The notes under the pieces were generated by a model, which made no database searches, had not been told where the DNA came from, and saw only the letters and a program-made list of their open reading frames with translations. A stretch of 64,000 nt of DNA. Origin: Candidatus Obscuribacteraceae bacterium (lineage in GTDB: Bacteria; Cyanobacteriota; Vampirovibrionia; Obscuribacterales; Obscuribacteraceae). Positions 17,007-26,387 of this stretch are shown piece by piece. How positions within the stretch are numbered: the first letter of the stretch is position 1; each line of letters begins with the position of its first letter. A program made the position numbers and the translations under genes. The DNA is taken from the NCBI GenBank assembly GCA_044226015.1, contig JBGAHS010000003.1:256001-320000 (forward strand). Direction: 5' to 3'.

Positions 17007-18740
17007 TTATTTTACAGCTGAAAGTGCTTGTTGAGCTGACTCACTGAGCCGCCCTCGTTTATCATAGACAAGAGGCTTAATGTAATCAGTGTACTTCCTC
17101 ACAAGCACAGCGTTGCGAGACAACAACCTGCAGCACAAAGCTGCAATGCTGGCATCTTTGCTTACTACAAGCGCTCCAAAAATTTCGTCATCATTTTGTG
17201 GAGCGTATTGCATTTCTTCAAGACCTATCAAAGCGGCCTCGACAGTAGAGAAAACCTCTCCCTGAGAGCCCATTTGCTTGTGCAGCAGCTGAATAATGTT
17301 GATCAATTCTTTTGCAGCCGATGCTGATTCTTGCCCAAACTTTCCGAGGCACCAAACAGCCTCCAATCTTGTTTTGGAATTATCAAGACATTTGATGATT
17401 TCAGGTAAAGCTTTTTCGAACTTCAGTTCAGTGAGAGCTTTCATAGCCTCTTCTGCTTCAGTCTTCGTTGTAGCTACCGCCAGCAAAGCCTGAATTTTCT
17501 CCCCGCATCTCTCAAACAGCTCATTTATCTTTGAACACTCATCATAATCAACCATATCAGGAAGGCAATATCGCTCACAAGCAATCTCATTTATCTCTTC
17601 CATTGCTGATGCACGAACATTTTCCTTTTCAGAATCAAGACTCTGCAGAAGAAATTCAAGTCCGGCTACCATCAACGAAGGCTCGCGCAATACCTTTTTT
17701 CCTACTCCAGCAATTTTTGCAAAAGCCACGCTTGCCCCGTCTTTGCCGTTTGCATTCTTCTCTTTCTTGGCTTTGCTCGGGCGTGATTTTGTTTCAAAGT
17801 CAGCTTCAACTACTGCCTCATCGTCCACTTCCTCGGCATCTAATTCATTTTCGCTGAATTCAGCATCATCCGAATACAAAGAAATCACCTTAGCTTTATT
17901 ATGCACTTCACCAACTAAGCCTTGAAGCGAAGAGGGAAGAGCAATACCCAAGCCAAGACAGTTAGCAATAAAGAAATGCACCAGATTTGGTGCCAAAACA
18001 GTCGGCGTTTCGTCCCGACCAAATCGAATCACTTGCCCAATCTCTCCACCGCTGGCCGGGTCAAGGTCGACCCCAATAAAGTTGCCACCAAAGTCCTTCG
18101 CAAAGGGCACCCAGAGCTCGTTATAGAGCATTCGCTTTACCGGCCCCTCAGCGCCACCACCTGAATAATCGATGTCTTCAAAACTTTCATGTTCAGTAAG
18201 TACTCCATCAACACCACGTAAAGGCATAAAGAAGAAACCGCCAAACAACTTTGTCGTGACCTCTTTCTCCTGGACATCGTCATCCAGCCGATTAAAAGTG
18301 TGGTACAAACATTTATAATCTGCAGGAAGTTTTTTGCCCACCTGTGCTTCCAATTCCTCAAGTTCAGCCACCGGGGCATTTTTTGCGAAACTATGAACTA
18401 TGGCACCATCGTGCTCTTTTAACCAGAGTTTCATACAAACAAAAATGTCTTCAAGCACTGACTCTTTTGCTGAGCTGATTTTTGCATCAGCCACCGGCAC
18501 AGCATTTGAATGTGCTTCAGTATTAGCATCCGCCTCAACCTCGACGTAGCCCTTTGTTTGCTTCTCTACAATCAGCTTATCGTATTCTTTCTTCGCTTTC
18601 GACTCGGAGTCGAAGTCTTTGGATTTACTCTGCCCGCTTGTGCCAATGCGTCCCCATGTTGTGGTGACAGAACAACCATCAAGGTCAATTGCCCAGAATT
18701 TGCTAGAGCTGCCGTCTTGAAACTCAAACCGCCGTGTCAT
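17007..18740 (-). CDS. WGR domain + SMI1/KNR4 (SUKH) domain + HEAT-repeat protein
   Basis: SSKFW...TTWGRIGT...KGY (WGR); LEELEAQVGKKLPADYK...WVPFAKDFGGNFIGVDLDP...GQVI (SMI1); C-terminal HEAT-like helices. AGGAG before the ATG at 18740. Confidence 0.85.
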   Translation of the reverse strand: MTRRFEFQDGSSSKFWAIDLDGCSVTTTWGRIGTSGQSKSKDFDSESKAKKEYDKLIVEKQTKGYVEVEADANTEAHSNAVPVADAKISSAKESVLEDIFVCMKLWLKEHDGAIVHSFAKNAPVAELEELEAQVGKKLPADYKCLYHTFNRLDDDVQEKEVTTKLFGGFFFMPLRGVDGVLTEHESFEDIDYSGGGAEGPVKRMLYNELWVPFAKDFGGNFIGVDLDPASGGEIGQVIRFGRDETPTVLAPNLVHFFIANCLGLGIALPSSLQGLVGEVHNKAKVISLYSDDAEFSENELDAEEVDDEAVVEADFETKSRPSKAKKEKNANGKDGASVAFAKIAGVGKKVLREPSLMVAGLEFLLQSLDSEKENVRASAMEEINEIACERYCLPDMVDYDECSKINELFERCGEKIQALLAVATTKTEAEEAMKALTELKFEKALPEIIKCLDNSKTRLEAVWCLGKFGQESASAAKELINIIQLLHKQMGSQGEVFSTVEAALIGLEEMQYAPQNDDEIFGALVVSKDASIAALCCRLLSRNAVLVRKYTDYIKPLVYDKRGRLSESAQQALSAVK

Positions 18741-19205
18741 TTTCGCTCCTAATTGAGAGAAATAGAAGTCTACCTCAAGAGCAGAAGGCGCTGGCAGGCT
18801 TAATATTACCTCTTTGATTAAATGCACTGGCACACGCTGTCAAAACGAGGAAAACGCCGACCAAGGCAAGCTTACAGGAGTGCAAAGCAAGCTTTATGCA
18901 GGGACACAAACTATCTTGCGGAATTGGGATTTGCAGCCTATCAAATCCTTGCGGCATCAAGAATTTACTTCCCTCGCCATTCGAACCTATCTGTAATTCT
19001 GCCTGGTTGCCAAAGACATAAATGCACAACAATTCGGTCTGCTCGTTGAAAGCATTGAATTTACGAAGTTCAGAAACAGAAGACAAGCTTGCTGAGCCAA
19101 AACCCAAATGCTTGTCCGAAACAAGTTTACGAGACGAAGAGACTTCACGTTCGTTGCAAGTTTACCGGTTAGAATATCTGTCCAATCCCTTACCATACAT
19201 GCATC

Positions 19206-20495
19206 TTGGCTTCGGACGGTCTGCAGAAAACCTGGCTTGAAAAAACGCGCTCATCTCCCAAGATGGTGCTATTTGTTGCATCTTTCGCACTCTTTGTTGA
19301 AGAAGTACTCTACGGAATGCTTGGTCCGTTAATTCCTGATTGCCCTGCCGGCTTCAAGGATGAGCACGTTATCAGTACCCTTTACGGCGCATATGCACTC
19401 GGGCTCATCCTGTCTACACCAATTTTGGGTGTAGTTACCGATCGCTTAGGACGCAAGCAACCTATGCTCATCGGAGCAGCGGTGCTAACCGTGTCTTCCC
19501 TGCTTTTCGCTAACGGCTCAAACAACGAAATAATGTTCATCGGACGTGTACTGGAAGGCATCGGAGCAGCCTGCACATGGACAGCAGGCATGGCTCTGGT
19601 TGCAGAATATTTCATCAAAGACCGCGTCAAAGCGATGGGGTTCGCCATGTTCGGGGCCACGACAGGGTCAATCGTCGGTCCATTGCTAGGAGGCGAGCTA
19701 TTTGACTGGATGGGTTACACCCCAACGTTTTACCTTGCATTTGCTTTCCTCGCTATCAACACCGTTCTTACATACTTCTTTCTGGCGCCATCCGTGCCAC
19801 AAAAAAACGTTCCCTGGAGCAATACTTTCACTGAGCTGAAGGGAATCATCACTGACCGAAGTGTGCTTACTGCAGCTATGGCTGTGGCTCTGGCGGCAGC
19901 AAGCTGGGCGCTGATGGAACCACTTTTCCCTATGCATGTAATGCGCGTAGGGCATGCTTCAACGGCCATGGTTGGAATGCTTGTAACTATCTCCAATTTG
20001 CTTTACGCATTTCTTGCGCCGCTTGTTGGTTTCGTTTCTGATCGCATGGGAGTTAGGCAGACTGCAGTTCTCGGGCTGGTCATGACGGCAATAGTGCTTC
20101 CACTGCTTGCAATTACACCAAACATTTTCGCCGCAACGATAGTACTCTGCCATATCACAGTTTCCTACGCCTTCACCATTAACCCAACCTCAGCTGAACT
20201 TGGAGACGCCGTCGACCGCAGAGGCTCAAGTTCTTATGCAATAGCTTATGCAGTGTACAACCTGGCTTATTCCTTAGGAATGCTAGCTGTGGACGCGTAT
20301 ATCGAGTTCGTCACAGACGAGGCGCACAAACTGGACCTATTTCAAATTCTTGCAATCATGAGCGTATTATTCTTGATTTGCATTCCGATTTTTACTGCTA
20401 AAGGCAAAAACAACAGCTCTGATGCAATGCCAGCGGTAGAACCAATTCCAGTGCTGACAGACTCTGCGGAGGAGACTCTAAAAGAGAATGAATAA
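19206..20495 (+). CDS. MFS transporter (DHA1 / vesicular amine transporter-like)
   Basis: 12 TM helices; motif A GVVTDRLGRK and GFVSDRMGVR. Confidence 0.9.
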   Translation: MASDGLQKTWLEKTRSSPKMVLFVASFALFVEEVLYGMLGPLIPDCPAGFKDEHVISTLYGAYALGLILSTPILGVVTDRLGRKQPMLIGAAVLTVSSLLFANGSNNEIMFIGRVLEGIGAACTWTAGMALVAEYFIKDRVKAMGFAMFGATTGSIVGPLLGGELFDWMGYTPTFYLAFAFLAINTVLTYFFLAPSVPQKNVPWSNTFTELKGIITDRSVLTAAMAVALAAASWALMEPLFPMHVMRVGHASTAMVGMLVTISNLLYAFLAPLVGFVSDRMGVRQTAVLGLVMTAIVLPLLAITPNIFAATIVLCHITVSYAFTINPTSAELGDAVDRRGSSSYAIAYAVYNLAYSLGMLAVDAYIEFVTDEAHKLDLFQILAIMSVLFLICIPIFTAKGKNNSSDAMPAVEPIPVLTDSAEETLKENE

Positions 20496-20543
20496 TTTCA
20501 AAAAAAGTGCGACACAGATAAAGGCAAGCAGGAGGCAACACCA

Positions 20544-22025
20544 ATGGCCGGCTCAGTAATAAGCGAACTTGCAAACACGTTTATTTCAAAGAAAGAACGT
20601 GTCTCACGGCGAGAGGTTCTCAAAGTGATGATGGCGAGTGCCGGAGCCTTGATGCTGAGCACCACATTCGGTGGCGAAGCACAATCAAAGAACCAGCGCA
20701 AAATCATCATTATCGGGGCAGGACTCGCCGGACTGGCAGCCGCTTACGAACTCGGTATAGCTGGCTACAATGTGGTCGTTTTAGAAGCAAGAGATCGGGT
20801 CGGTGGAAGAGTTCATACGCTTTACGACTTCATTCCGGGAAAACACGTCGAAGCTGGTGCAGAACTAATCGGTGCGAACCATCCAACCTGGATGGCCTAC
20901 GCAAAACAATTTAAGCTACAGATGCTTGAGCGCACAGAGTACCCCGACAGCGCCAGACCAGTGATGATTAACAACAAACTTCTAACTCCAAAAGAGGCGG
21001 GCGACCTCTGGGAGGAAGTTGATCATCAGCTAAATCTCTACAACAAGATGGCAATACCAATTGACCCGGTGCAGCCCTGGAAGAGCCCGAATGCAAAAGT
21101 CCTCGATTTCAAAACAGTAAACTCATGGATAGAAGACCTAAAATGCTCAGACCACTGCAAAATGGCAATGCGGCTGGAAGAGAGCTCAGACTCAAACGAC
21201 CCAGGTTGGGACAGCCTGCTAGGACGACTTGCCACAATCAAAGGTGGCGGGCTTGAAAAATACTGGACGGAAACTGAAGTATATCGCTGCAAAGGTGGTA
21301 ATCAGCAAATCGCTGAGAAACTGGCCGACGCTATCGGACGCAAAAACATCAGACTGGAAACTCCTGTCACAGCCGTAGACATATTCGAGAACTCTGTCAG
21401 CGTTGATTTGCACGATGGCACAAAAATTGAAGGCGACGACTTGATTCTCGCTGTTCCACCAGGAACATGGAAACGCATAACTTTCACACCGCCACTGCCA
21501 CCGCAGTTCTATCCACAAATGGCAAATCAGGTGAAGTTTCTGGCAGAAGTACGCGAGCGATTCTGGGAGCATGAGCATCGCTCGCCCGATTCACTCAGCG
21601 ACACACCTGTTGCTGAAACATGGGACGCGACAGACAAACAAGGCAATGACGGACACTTCTGTATGACAGTGTTCGCGGGAGGCAACGCCGCAGATACAGG
21701 TCGAGGCTGGCCGGCGGATCAGAGAATCGCGCACTACGCTCTAGAAATTGAGAAAATCTACCCGCGTTTCACTTCCAATTTTATTAAAGCTAACTTTATA
21801 GATTGGCCCTCAGACCCCTGGGCTCAAGCAGGCTATTCATCTCCAGCACCAGGACAAATCATGACGATGGGTCCTATTCTGCATAACGGAATCGGCAGAC
21901 TTCACTTTGCTGGCGAGCACACTAGCTTTGCCTTCGGTGGTTATATGGAAGGCGCCCTCCACTCAGGTGTTCGAACCGCCAAGAAGATAGCAGACAGAGA
22001 CTGGATGGCAGGCAAACCAATGTAG
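20544..22025 (+). CDS. Flavin-dependent monoamine/amino-acid oxidase with Tat signal
   Basis: SRREVLK Tat motif; GAGLAGL...LEARDRVGGR; C-terminal FAGEHT...GYMEGALHSG. Confidence 0.92.
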   Translation: MAGSVISELANTFISKKERVSRREVLKVMMASAGALMLSTTFGGEAQSKNQRKIIIIGAGLAGLAAAYELGIAGYNVVVLEARDRVGGRVHTLYDFIPGKHVEAGAELIGANHPTWMAYAKQFKLQMLERTEYPDSARPVMINNKLLTPKEAGDLWEEVDHQLNLYNKMAIPIDPVQPWKSPNAKVLDFKTVNSWIEDLKCSDHCKMAMRLEESSDSNDPGWDSLLGRLATIKGGGLEKYWTETEVYRCKGGNQQIAEKLADAIGRKNIRLETPVTAVDIFENSVSVDLHDGTKIEGDDLILAVPPGTWKRITFTPPLPPQFYPQMANQVKFLAEVRERFWEHEHRSPDSLSDTPVAETWDATDKQGNDGHFCMTVFAGGNAADTGRGWPADQRIAHYALEIEKIYPRFTSNFIKANFIDWPSDPWAQAGYSSPAPGQIMTMGPILHNGIGRLHFAGEHTSFAFGGYMEGALHSGVRTAKKIADRDWMAGKPM

Positions 22026-22344
22026 CCCAATGACCATTATTCCGTTATCTTTAAGCCATCGTTATCAAAGATATATGCAAAGCAAGCATTGCGCTGGTAC
22101 TTGGACAACCAAGGGAAACTGATACAAGATGAACAAAGAGGACCGGCACTGCCGGCACATAGGTTTGCTATGATGAATTAAGCCAGACTGATATCTCATT
22201 GCCTGGGCAACTTCACTTTCTCGGTCAAAGCAAAAAAATCAAAAAGCGAATAGAGCTAGACGAAGCCGAGCTAGCGGAGAGACTTAAGAAAACACTGATT
22301 CAAAAGGGGAATAATATAGGACAGTAGCTCTCAGGTTTGCATTA

Positions 22345-24246
22345 ATGAATCACAACACCAACGATAGCGATCATAAAGAGCGTTCGGAAAGACCCGAAAG
22401 CAAAACTGATCGTGTTGAGAAAAGAGCAGAGAACAGAGAGCGCGGCGAAGCCTGCATAGAGCTGGCAAACGGGGCTCTAAACAAAGACATTCAAGCCGCT
22501 ATTGTGGAAAAGCGTCTTTCAAGAAAGAGCGGTGCAACTGGCTATGGTGTAGCTTCTGCTGATTCACTCTTGCCTCTGGATAAAAAGAGCAAAGGCAAAG
22601 TTTCCGTACCGGAAGGAATATCAGAGACGGAATACATCGCAGCAGTAAAGCAAGCTGAGGCACAACAGCAGGAGAAAACGCCAATAGCTTTGATCGCCCA
22701 GGGCGTTGAAAACGATCCATTCAACCAACAATCGAAGATCGTTAGCGATGGCAGCAGTTCAGTATCTCGGAGTAAGTCAGTTGATGCTGGACTGGAAGAT
22801 GCTAGGCAGCAGCTGCTAAAGGATGGGGCGCCATCATCACTAGTAGACTCGCTCAAACCGGAGCCAAAGAAACTAGAGGGCTATATCAACAATACGCCAG
22901 ACGTAAAAGAAAAGATCGAGGAAAGCCCAGTTTCGATGATGGCTAAAGCTATGGAGCCTGTGACAGATAGCTTTAGCAAGTTTACTGCCGAGTCAACGAA
23001 GCACCTACATAACATGATGGAGGAAGCTAAAGAAGCCTTCGGAATTAAGCCATCGGAAAAGCCTCACAACTCAATTAGCCCGGAAGGGTTTGCCGTTCTG
23101 CAATCCGTGGAGAGCCCTAGAGATGCTTCTCATGTGCTTGCCGGGGCTGTAACCGGGTTCGACAAAACAATTAATGAGGCAATGCCAGGACTTACACCAA
23201 GAGGAGCCTTGGAAGCCACAGCAGAATTAGGAAAGCGAATTGTTGATCGTGCTTTGCATCCAGCACCTGAAGCAGTTCTAGATCAGCTAAAGCATCAATT
23301 AGACCCAATCGGAGCCTTCAAGGACGACATCGCAAAGCTTGGAAAAAAATATGATCAGATGGTTGATTGGGCCGCTGATCGAAGTCAAAAGAGTTTTTCA
23401 GAGCGCGGAGAATCGGCAGGCAAAGCCGGTCCTGATGTTTTGATGGCTGCTGAGGGAATTGTGTTCATTGCCAAATCAGGTGAATGGATCACTCGTGAGA
23501 ATGCTATTAGAGCAGGACTAGAGAAGCTCACCCCAGAAGAATTGAAAGAGCGCGGAATAACAAAAACAACAGTGGAGCACATGAAGCCCGAAGACATCGT
23601 TAATCCGATTGATAGGAACGCTTCTCCGGAAGAGAAGATTAGACAATTGCAGAAACTATCAGCTGAGAATCAGCCGTTGATTGAGGACTTCAAGAACCAG
23701 GTTGATTCCAAATATGGAAGCTTTTCATATGGAGAACCAAAAAAGCCGCAAGACATACTCGACAAACCACAAAGGCAAGAAGTACGCGAAAAGTATCCGT
23801 GGTTCGAAATTGAACATGTTAGAGACTCGCAGAGATTCACAACCGTTGTTGATAATTTGGATGCACTGCCAGCGATTGCGAAGGACCTGAAAGAAAGTGG
23901 GTTCCAGGTGATTGATGCACCTATCTCCAAAATGGAACCAAATAAACGAGGCTGGAGAATGATGCCGTTTGACCTTCGTGCGCCAAATGGTCAGCTCATT
24001 GAATATCAAGTCTTGTTCAAAGAAATGGCTGAAGCCGGTCGAGTAACTCACCCAATTCACAAAAAATGGCGTGGTAGTGAGTCATCTGAACTGTCAAAAT
24101 CAGACAAAATCTTGAAGCAGACAGACTTTGTGACTGCACGTGATACTTGTAATGCAGCTTGGGATGCGTATTTGAAGCGTACCGGACAAAACGCAGAACA
24201 CATTAGGACAATATTGGAACAAGTTCAAAACATATTGAGGCAATGA
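22345..24246 (+). CDS. Putative polymorphic toxin with C-terminal RelA/SpoT synthetase-like (nucleotide pyrophosphokinase) domain
   Basis: Ordered motifs K-x6-K-x2-R, VRDSQRF, PNKRGWR, IEYQV and THPIHKKWR at ~23730-24075, after a long N-terminal region. Confidence 0.7.
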   Translation: MNHNTNDSDHKERSERPESKTDRVEKRAENRERGEACIELANGALNKDIQAAIVEKRLSRKSGATGYGVASADSLLPLDKKSKGKVSVPEGISETEYIAAVKQAEAQQQEKTPIALIAQGVENDPFNQQSKIVSDGSSSVSRSKSVDAGLEDARQQLLKDGAPSSLVDSLKPEPKKLEGYINNTPDVKEKIEESPVSMMAKAMEPVTDSFSKFTAESTKHLHNMMEEAKEAFGIKPSEKPHNSISPEGFAVLQSVESPRDASHVLAGAVTGFDKTINEAMPGLTPRGALEATAELGKRIVDRALHPAPEAVLDQLKHQLDPIGAFKDDIAKLGKKYDQMVDWAADRSQKSFSERGESAGKAGPDVLMAAEGIVFIAKSGEWITRENAIRAGLEKLTPEELKERGITKTTVEHMKPEDIVNPIDRNASPEEKIRQLQKLSAENQPLIEDFKNQVDSKYGSFSYGEPKKPQDILDKPQRQEVREKYPWFEIEHVRDSQRFTTVVDNLDALPAIAKDLKESGFQVIDAPISKMEPNKRGWRMMPFDLRAPNGQLIEYQVLFKEMAEAGRVTHPIHKKWRGSESSELSKSDKILKQTDFVTARDTCNAAWDAYLKRTGQNAEHIRTILEQVQNILRQ

Positions 24247-24518
24247 GTATGACTACTACTAAACATATCCTAGCAATGCGCTCCGCACACGGCGAAATCT
24301 CCTTATTTGACACCTTTGATAAATTCATGGCGTCATTCAAAGACGGTAAATGGATTAACGATGACATTTTTAACTTTGATGATGTTTGGGACAATTTTGA
24401 GCATATGACTGATGACGATGAAATTATCAAAATAATGGGGGAGGCAAGATCTGCCCTAGGACAACCGTTAACAACGCAACTTTGCCACTCAGAGCCCTCC
24501 GAATCGAAGTTAGCATGA
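24243..24518 (+). CDS. Putative immunity/antitoxin protein 1
   Basis: Small acidic ORF with an ATGA overlap with the toxin stop; paralogous to the next ORF. Confidence 0.65.
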   Translation: MSMTTTKHILAMRSAHGEISLFDTFDKFMASFKDGKWINDDIFNFDDVWDNFEHMTDDDEIIKIMGEARSALGQPLTTQLCHSEPSESKLA

Positions 24519-24583
24519 CCGAGGGCTGAGTTGTTTCAAAAATGGATGAGCAAGGTACAAGCGCTATTCGAGGATCAGAAATA

Positions 24584-24829
24584 ATGACTACAGATCATAT
24601 CTAGGCGATGCGATCAGAATGCGGGGAAATTCATTTGTTTGACGAAACCGACAATTTCACCGCGGGGTTCAAAAACGGTCACTGGATTGGTGATACAATC
24701 TTTAACTTCGATGATCTTTGGGAGAATTTTAGACACATCAATGATGACGATGAAATTTTGAGACTAATGACAGAGGTCAGAGAAGCGCTAGGTCAATCAA
24801 CGAAACCAAGCAAAGGCTGGCTGATATAG
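24584..24829 (+). pseudogene. Putative immunity paralogue 2 with in-frame TAG at codon 7 (or a shortened CDS from 24608)
   Basis: MTTDHI*AMRSECGEIHLFD aligns with MTTTKHILAMRSAHGEISLFD; shared IFNFDDxWxNFxH and DDDEI motifs. Confidence 0.65.
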
Positions 24830-24884
24830 AGAATCCAAGCGCGTTCAATCGTGGTTCTGATAATAATTTCTATGTTTCATTCAA

Positions 24885-24937
24885 TAAACTGGAATCTTAA
24901 AAGGCTTGCGTAGTATGGCTTTTAAGATTCCAGTTTA
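24885..24937. repeat. Perfect 19-bp inverted repeat with 15-nt spacer
   Basis: taaactggaatcttaaaag ... cttttaagattccagttta. Confidence 0.9.
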
Positions 24938-25202
24938 CTGGCGCCCCGCACCATATCCGGTGACTGGCTGATAATTTTCTGGTTCAAAGCATTTTTGGGG
25001 CAGCCATTGCAGTCAAGAGGCTGATATTCACTAGACTTTCAGCCTCCTTTCTCTTATTCTCCTTCTCATGAATGCCACCGGCCGCGATTTCAATTCTCTA
25101 CCGGCCGACACGAACAGCCTTGATGATCTATGCTTGGACCCAGTCAACGCGGACATTGCTCAGGTCAGTCCGGTCAACAGCCAGGTCACACGGCAGCGAA
25201 AC

Positions 25203-26381
25203 TTATGATGCCTGCTTCTTCAGTTCGCCCTTGCCTAAAGCTATTACTGTTGGAAGCATTAGAGCCGGTGCAATCGCTGACACAGCGAGTCCGTTGTGCA
25301 GGTTGGAACCATCCGCAATGACACCAACAACCCACGGCATGAATACGCCACCAGCATTCCCGAATGCGGCTAGGGCACCAAACATAGTGGCACCACCATT
25401 TGGATACTTGTCTGCAGTTATTGCCAACATCGTGGGCCACAAACAGCTCCCCGTCAGCCCAGCAAGCACGCAGCAAGCAAGAGCAAGCTCAGGCACGGGA
25501 ATGAAAGAGCCTCCTAAAAACAAGAAGACCGATGTCGCACAACCAATCGCCATTATTCGCGGAGCTGATAACTTCTGGCTCAGCGCACCAATTCCCATTC
25601 TGCCTATTGCCATACAAACAGAAAACGCGAAAAGAGCAGCGCCGCCAACCCATTGCGGATATTTCAGAGACAACTCGGCGTATGCAGGCAGCCATTGCGC
25701 CATGCCCAGCTCAGTGGCACCACCTAAAAAGATTGCCAGCAGAGCTCCTAGAAACCACTTACTCTTCAGCAGCTCGGGAAGTGGTGTTCTATCACCTTCC
25801 TCTGCAGTCATTGCAGGAAATTTCATTGGAGCGAACAACACGGTCAAAAGCACCGGAACGGCTACCAGCAGCAAACTAGCGTTTCTCCAGGAGATGCCTA
25901 CTTGGAGCGCCAGAGTTCCTGCTAGAACAGTGATCGTTGCGCCCACACAATAGAACGAATGCAGCCAGTTCATACTGGAAGTTCGACTCTCAGGGTTCAA
26001 TGCAGACACAACAGGGCTCAGCACCATATCTAAGGTTCCGGCCCCAAGCCCAAGGAGAAAGTTTGCACACAAGAGAATTTCATAGCTAGGAGACCACGAC
26101 GTGATGACCAGTCCGATGGCGAGCAACAAGTTACCAGCTATCGCAAAAGCTTTTGCCCCGACCCGATCCGCGAGAGGACCCGTAAACAAAATAGAACCCA
26201 CGAGTCCGATGAAAGTCACAGAGCCGATGCGGCCGAGCTGCTCGCTGGTCAACCCACTTCCGTGCGCACCTGCAAAAGAGTGCTGAATTGTGACTAGAAA
26301 AATTGGAAGCAAGTTAATGCCGATGGCGAGGCTCGTCATCGCGGCATAGCAGAGAATAGTTAAAATGCGCGGACGCAGCAT
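25203..26381 (-). CDS. MFS sugar transporter (FucP/GlcP-like)
   Basis: 12 TM helices; GPLADRVGAK and MNWLHSFYCVGA; located in a sugar operon. Confidence 0.88.
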   Translation of the reverse strand: MLRPRILTILCYAAMTSLAIGINLLPIFLVTIQHSFAGAHGSGLTSEQLGRIGSVTFIGLVGSILFTGPLADRVGAKAFAIAGNLLLAIGLVITSWSPSYEILLCANFLLGLGAGTLDMVLSPVVSALNPESRTSSMNWLHSFYCVGATITVLAGTLALQVGISWRNASLLLVAVPVLLTVLFAPMKFPAMTAEEGDRTPLPELLKSKWFLGALLAIFLGGATELGMAQWLPAYAELSLKYPQWVGGAALFAFSVCMAIGRMGIGALSQKLSAPRIMAIGCATSVFLFLGGSFIPVPELALACCVLAGLTGSCLWPTMLAITADKYPNGGATMFGALAAFGNAGGVFMPWVVGVIADGSNLHNGLAVSAIAPALMLPTVIALGKGELKKQAS

Positions 26382-26387
26382 CAGTAT

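Noticed and set aside
24602..24604. Amber recoding (pyrrolysine or alternative genetic code)
   Set aside because: TAG serves as a normal stop in other genes here, and the aligned residue is Leu; a nonsense mutation or restart is simpler.
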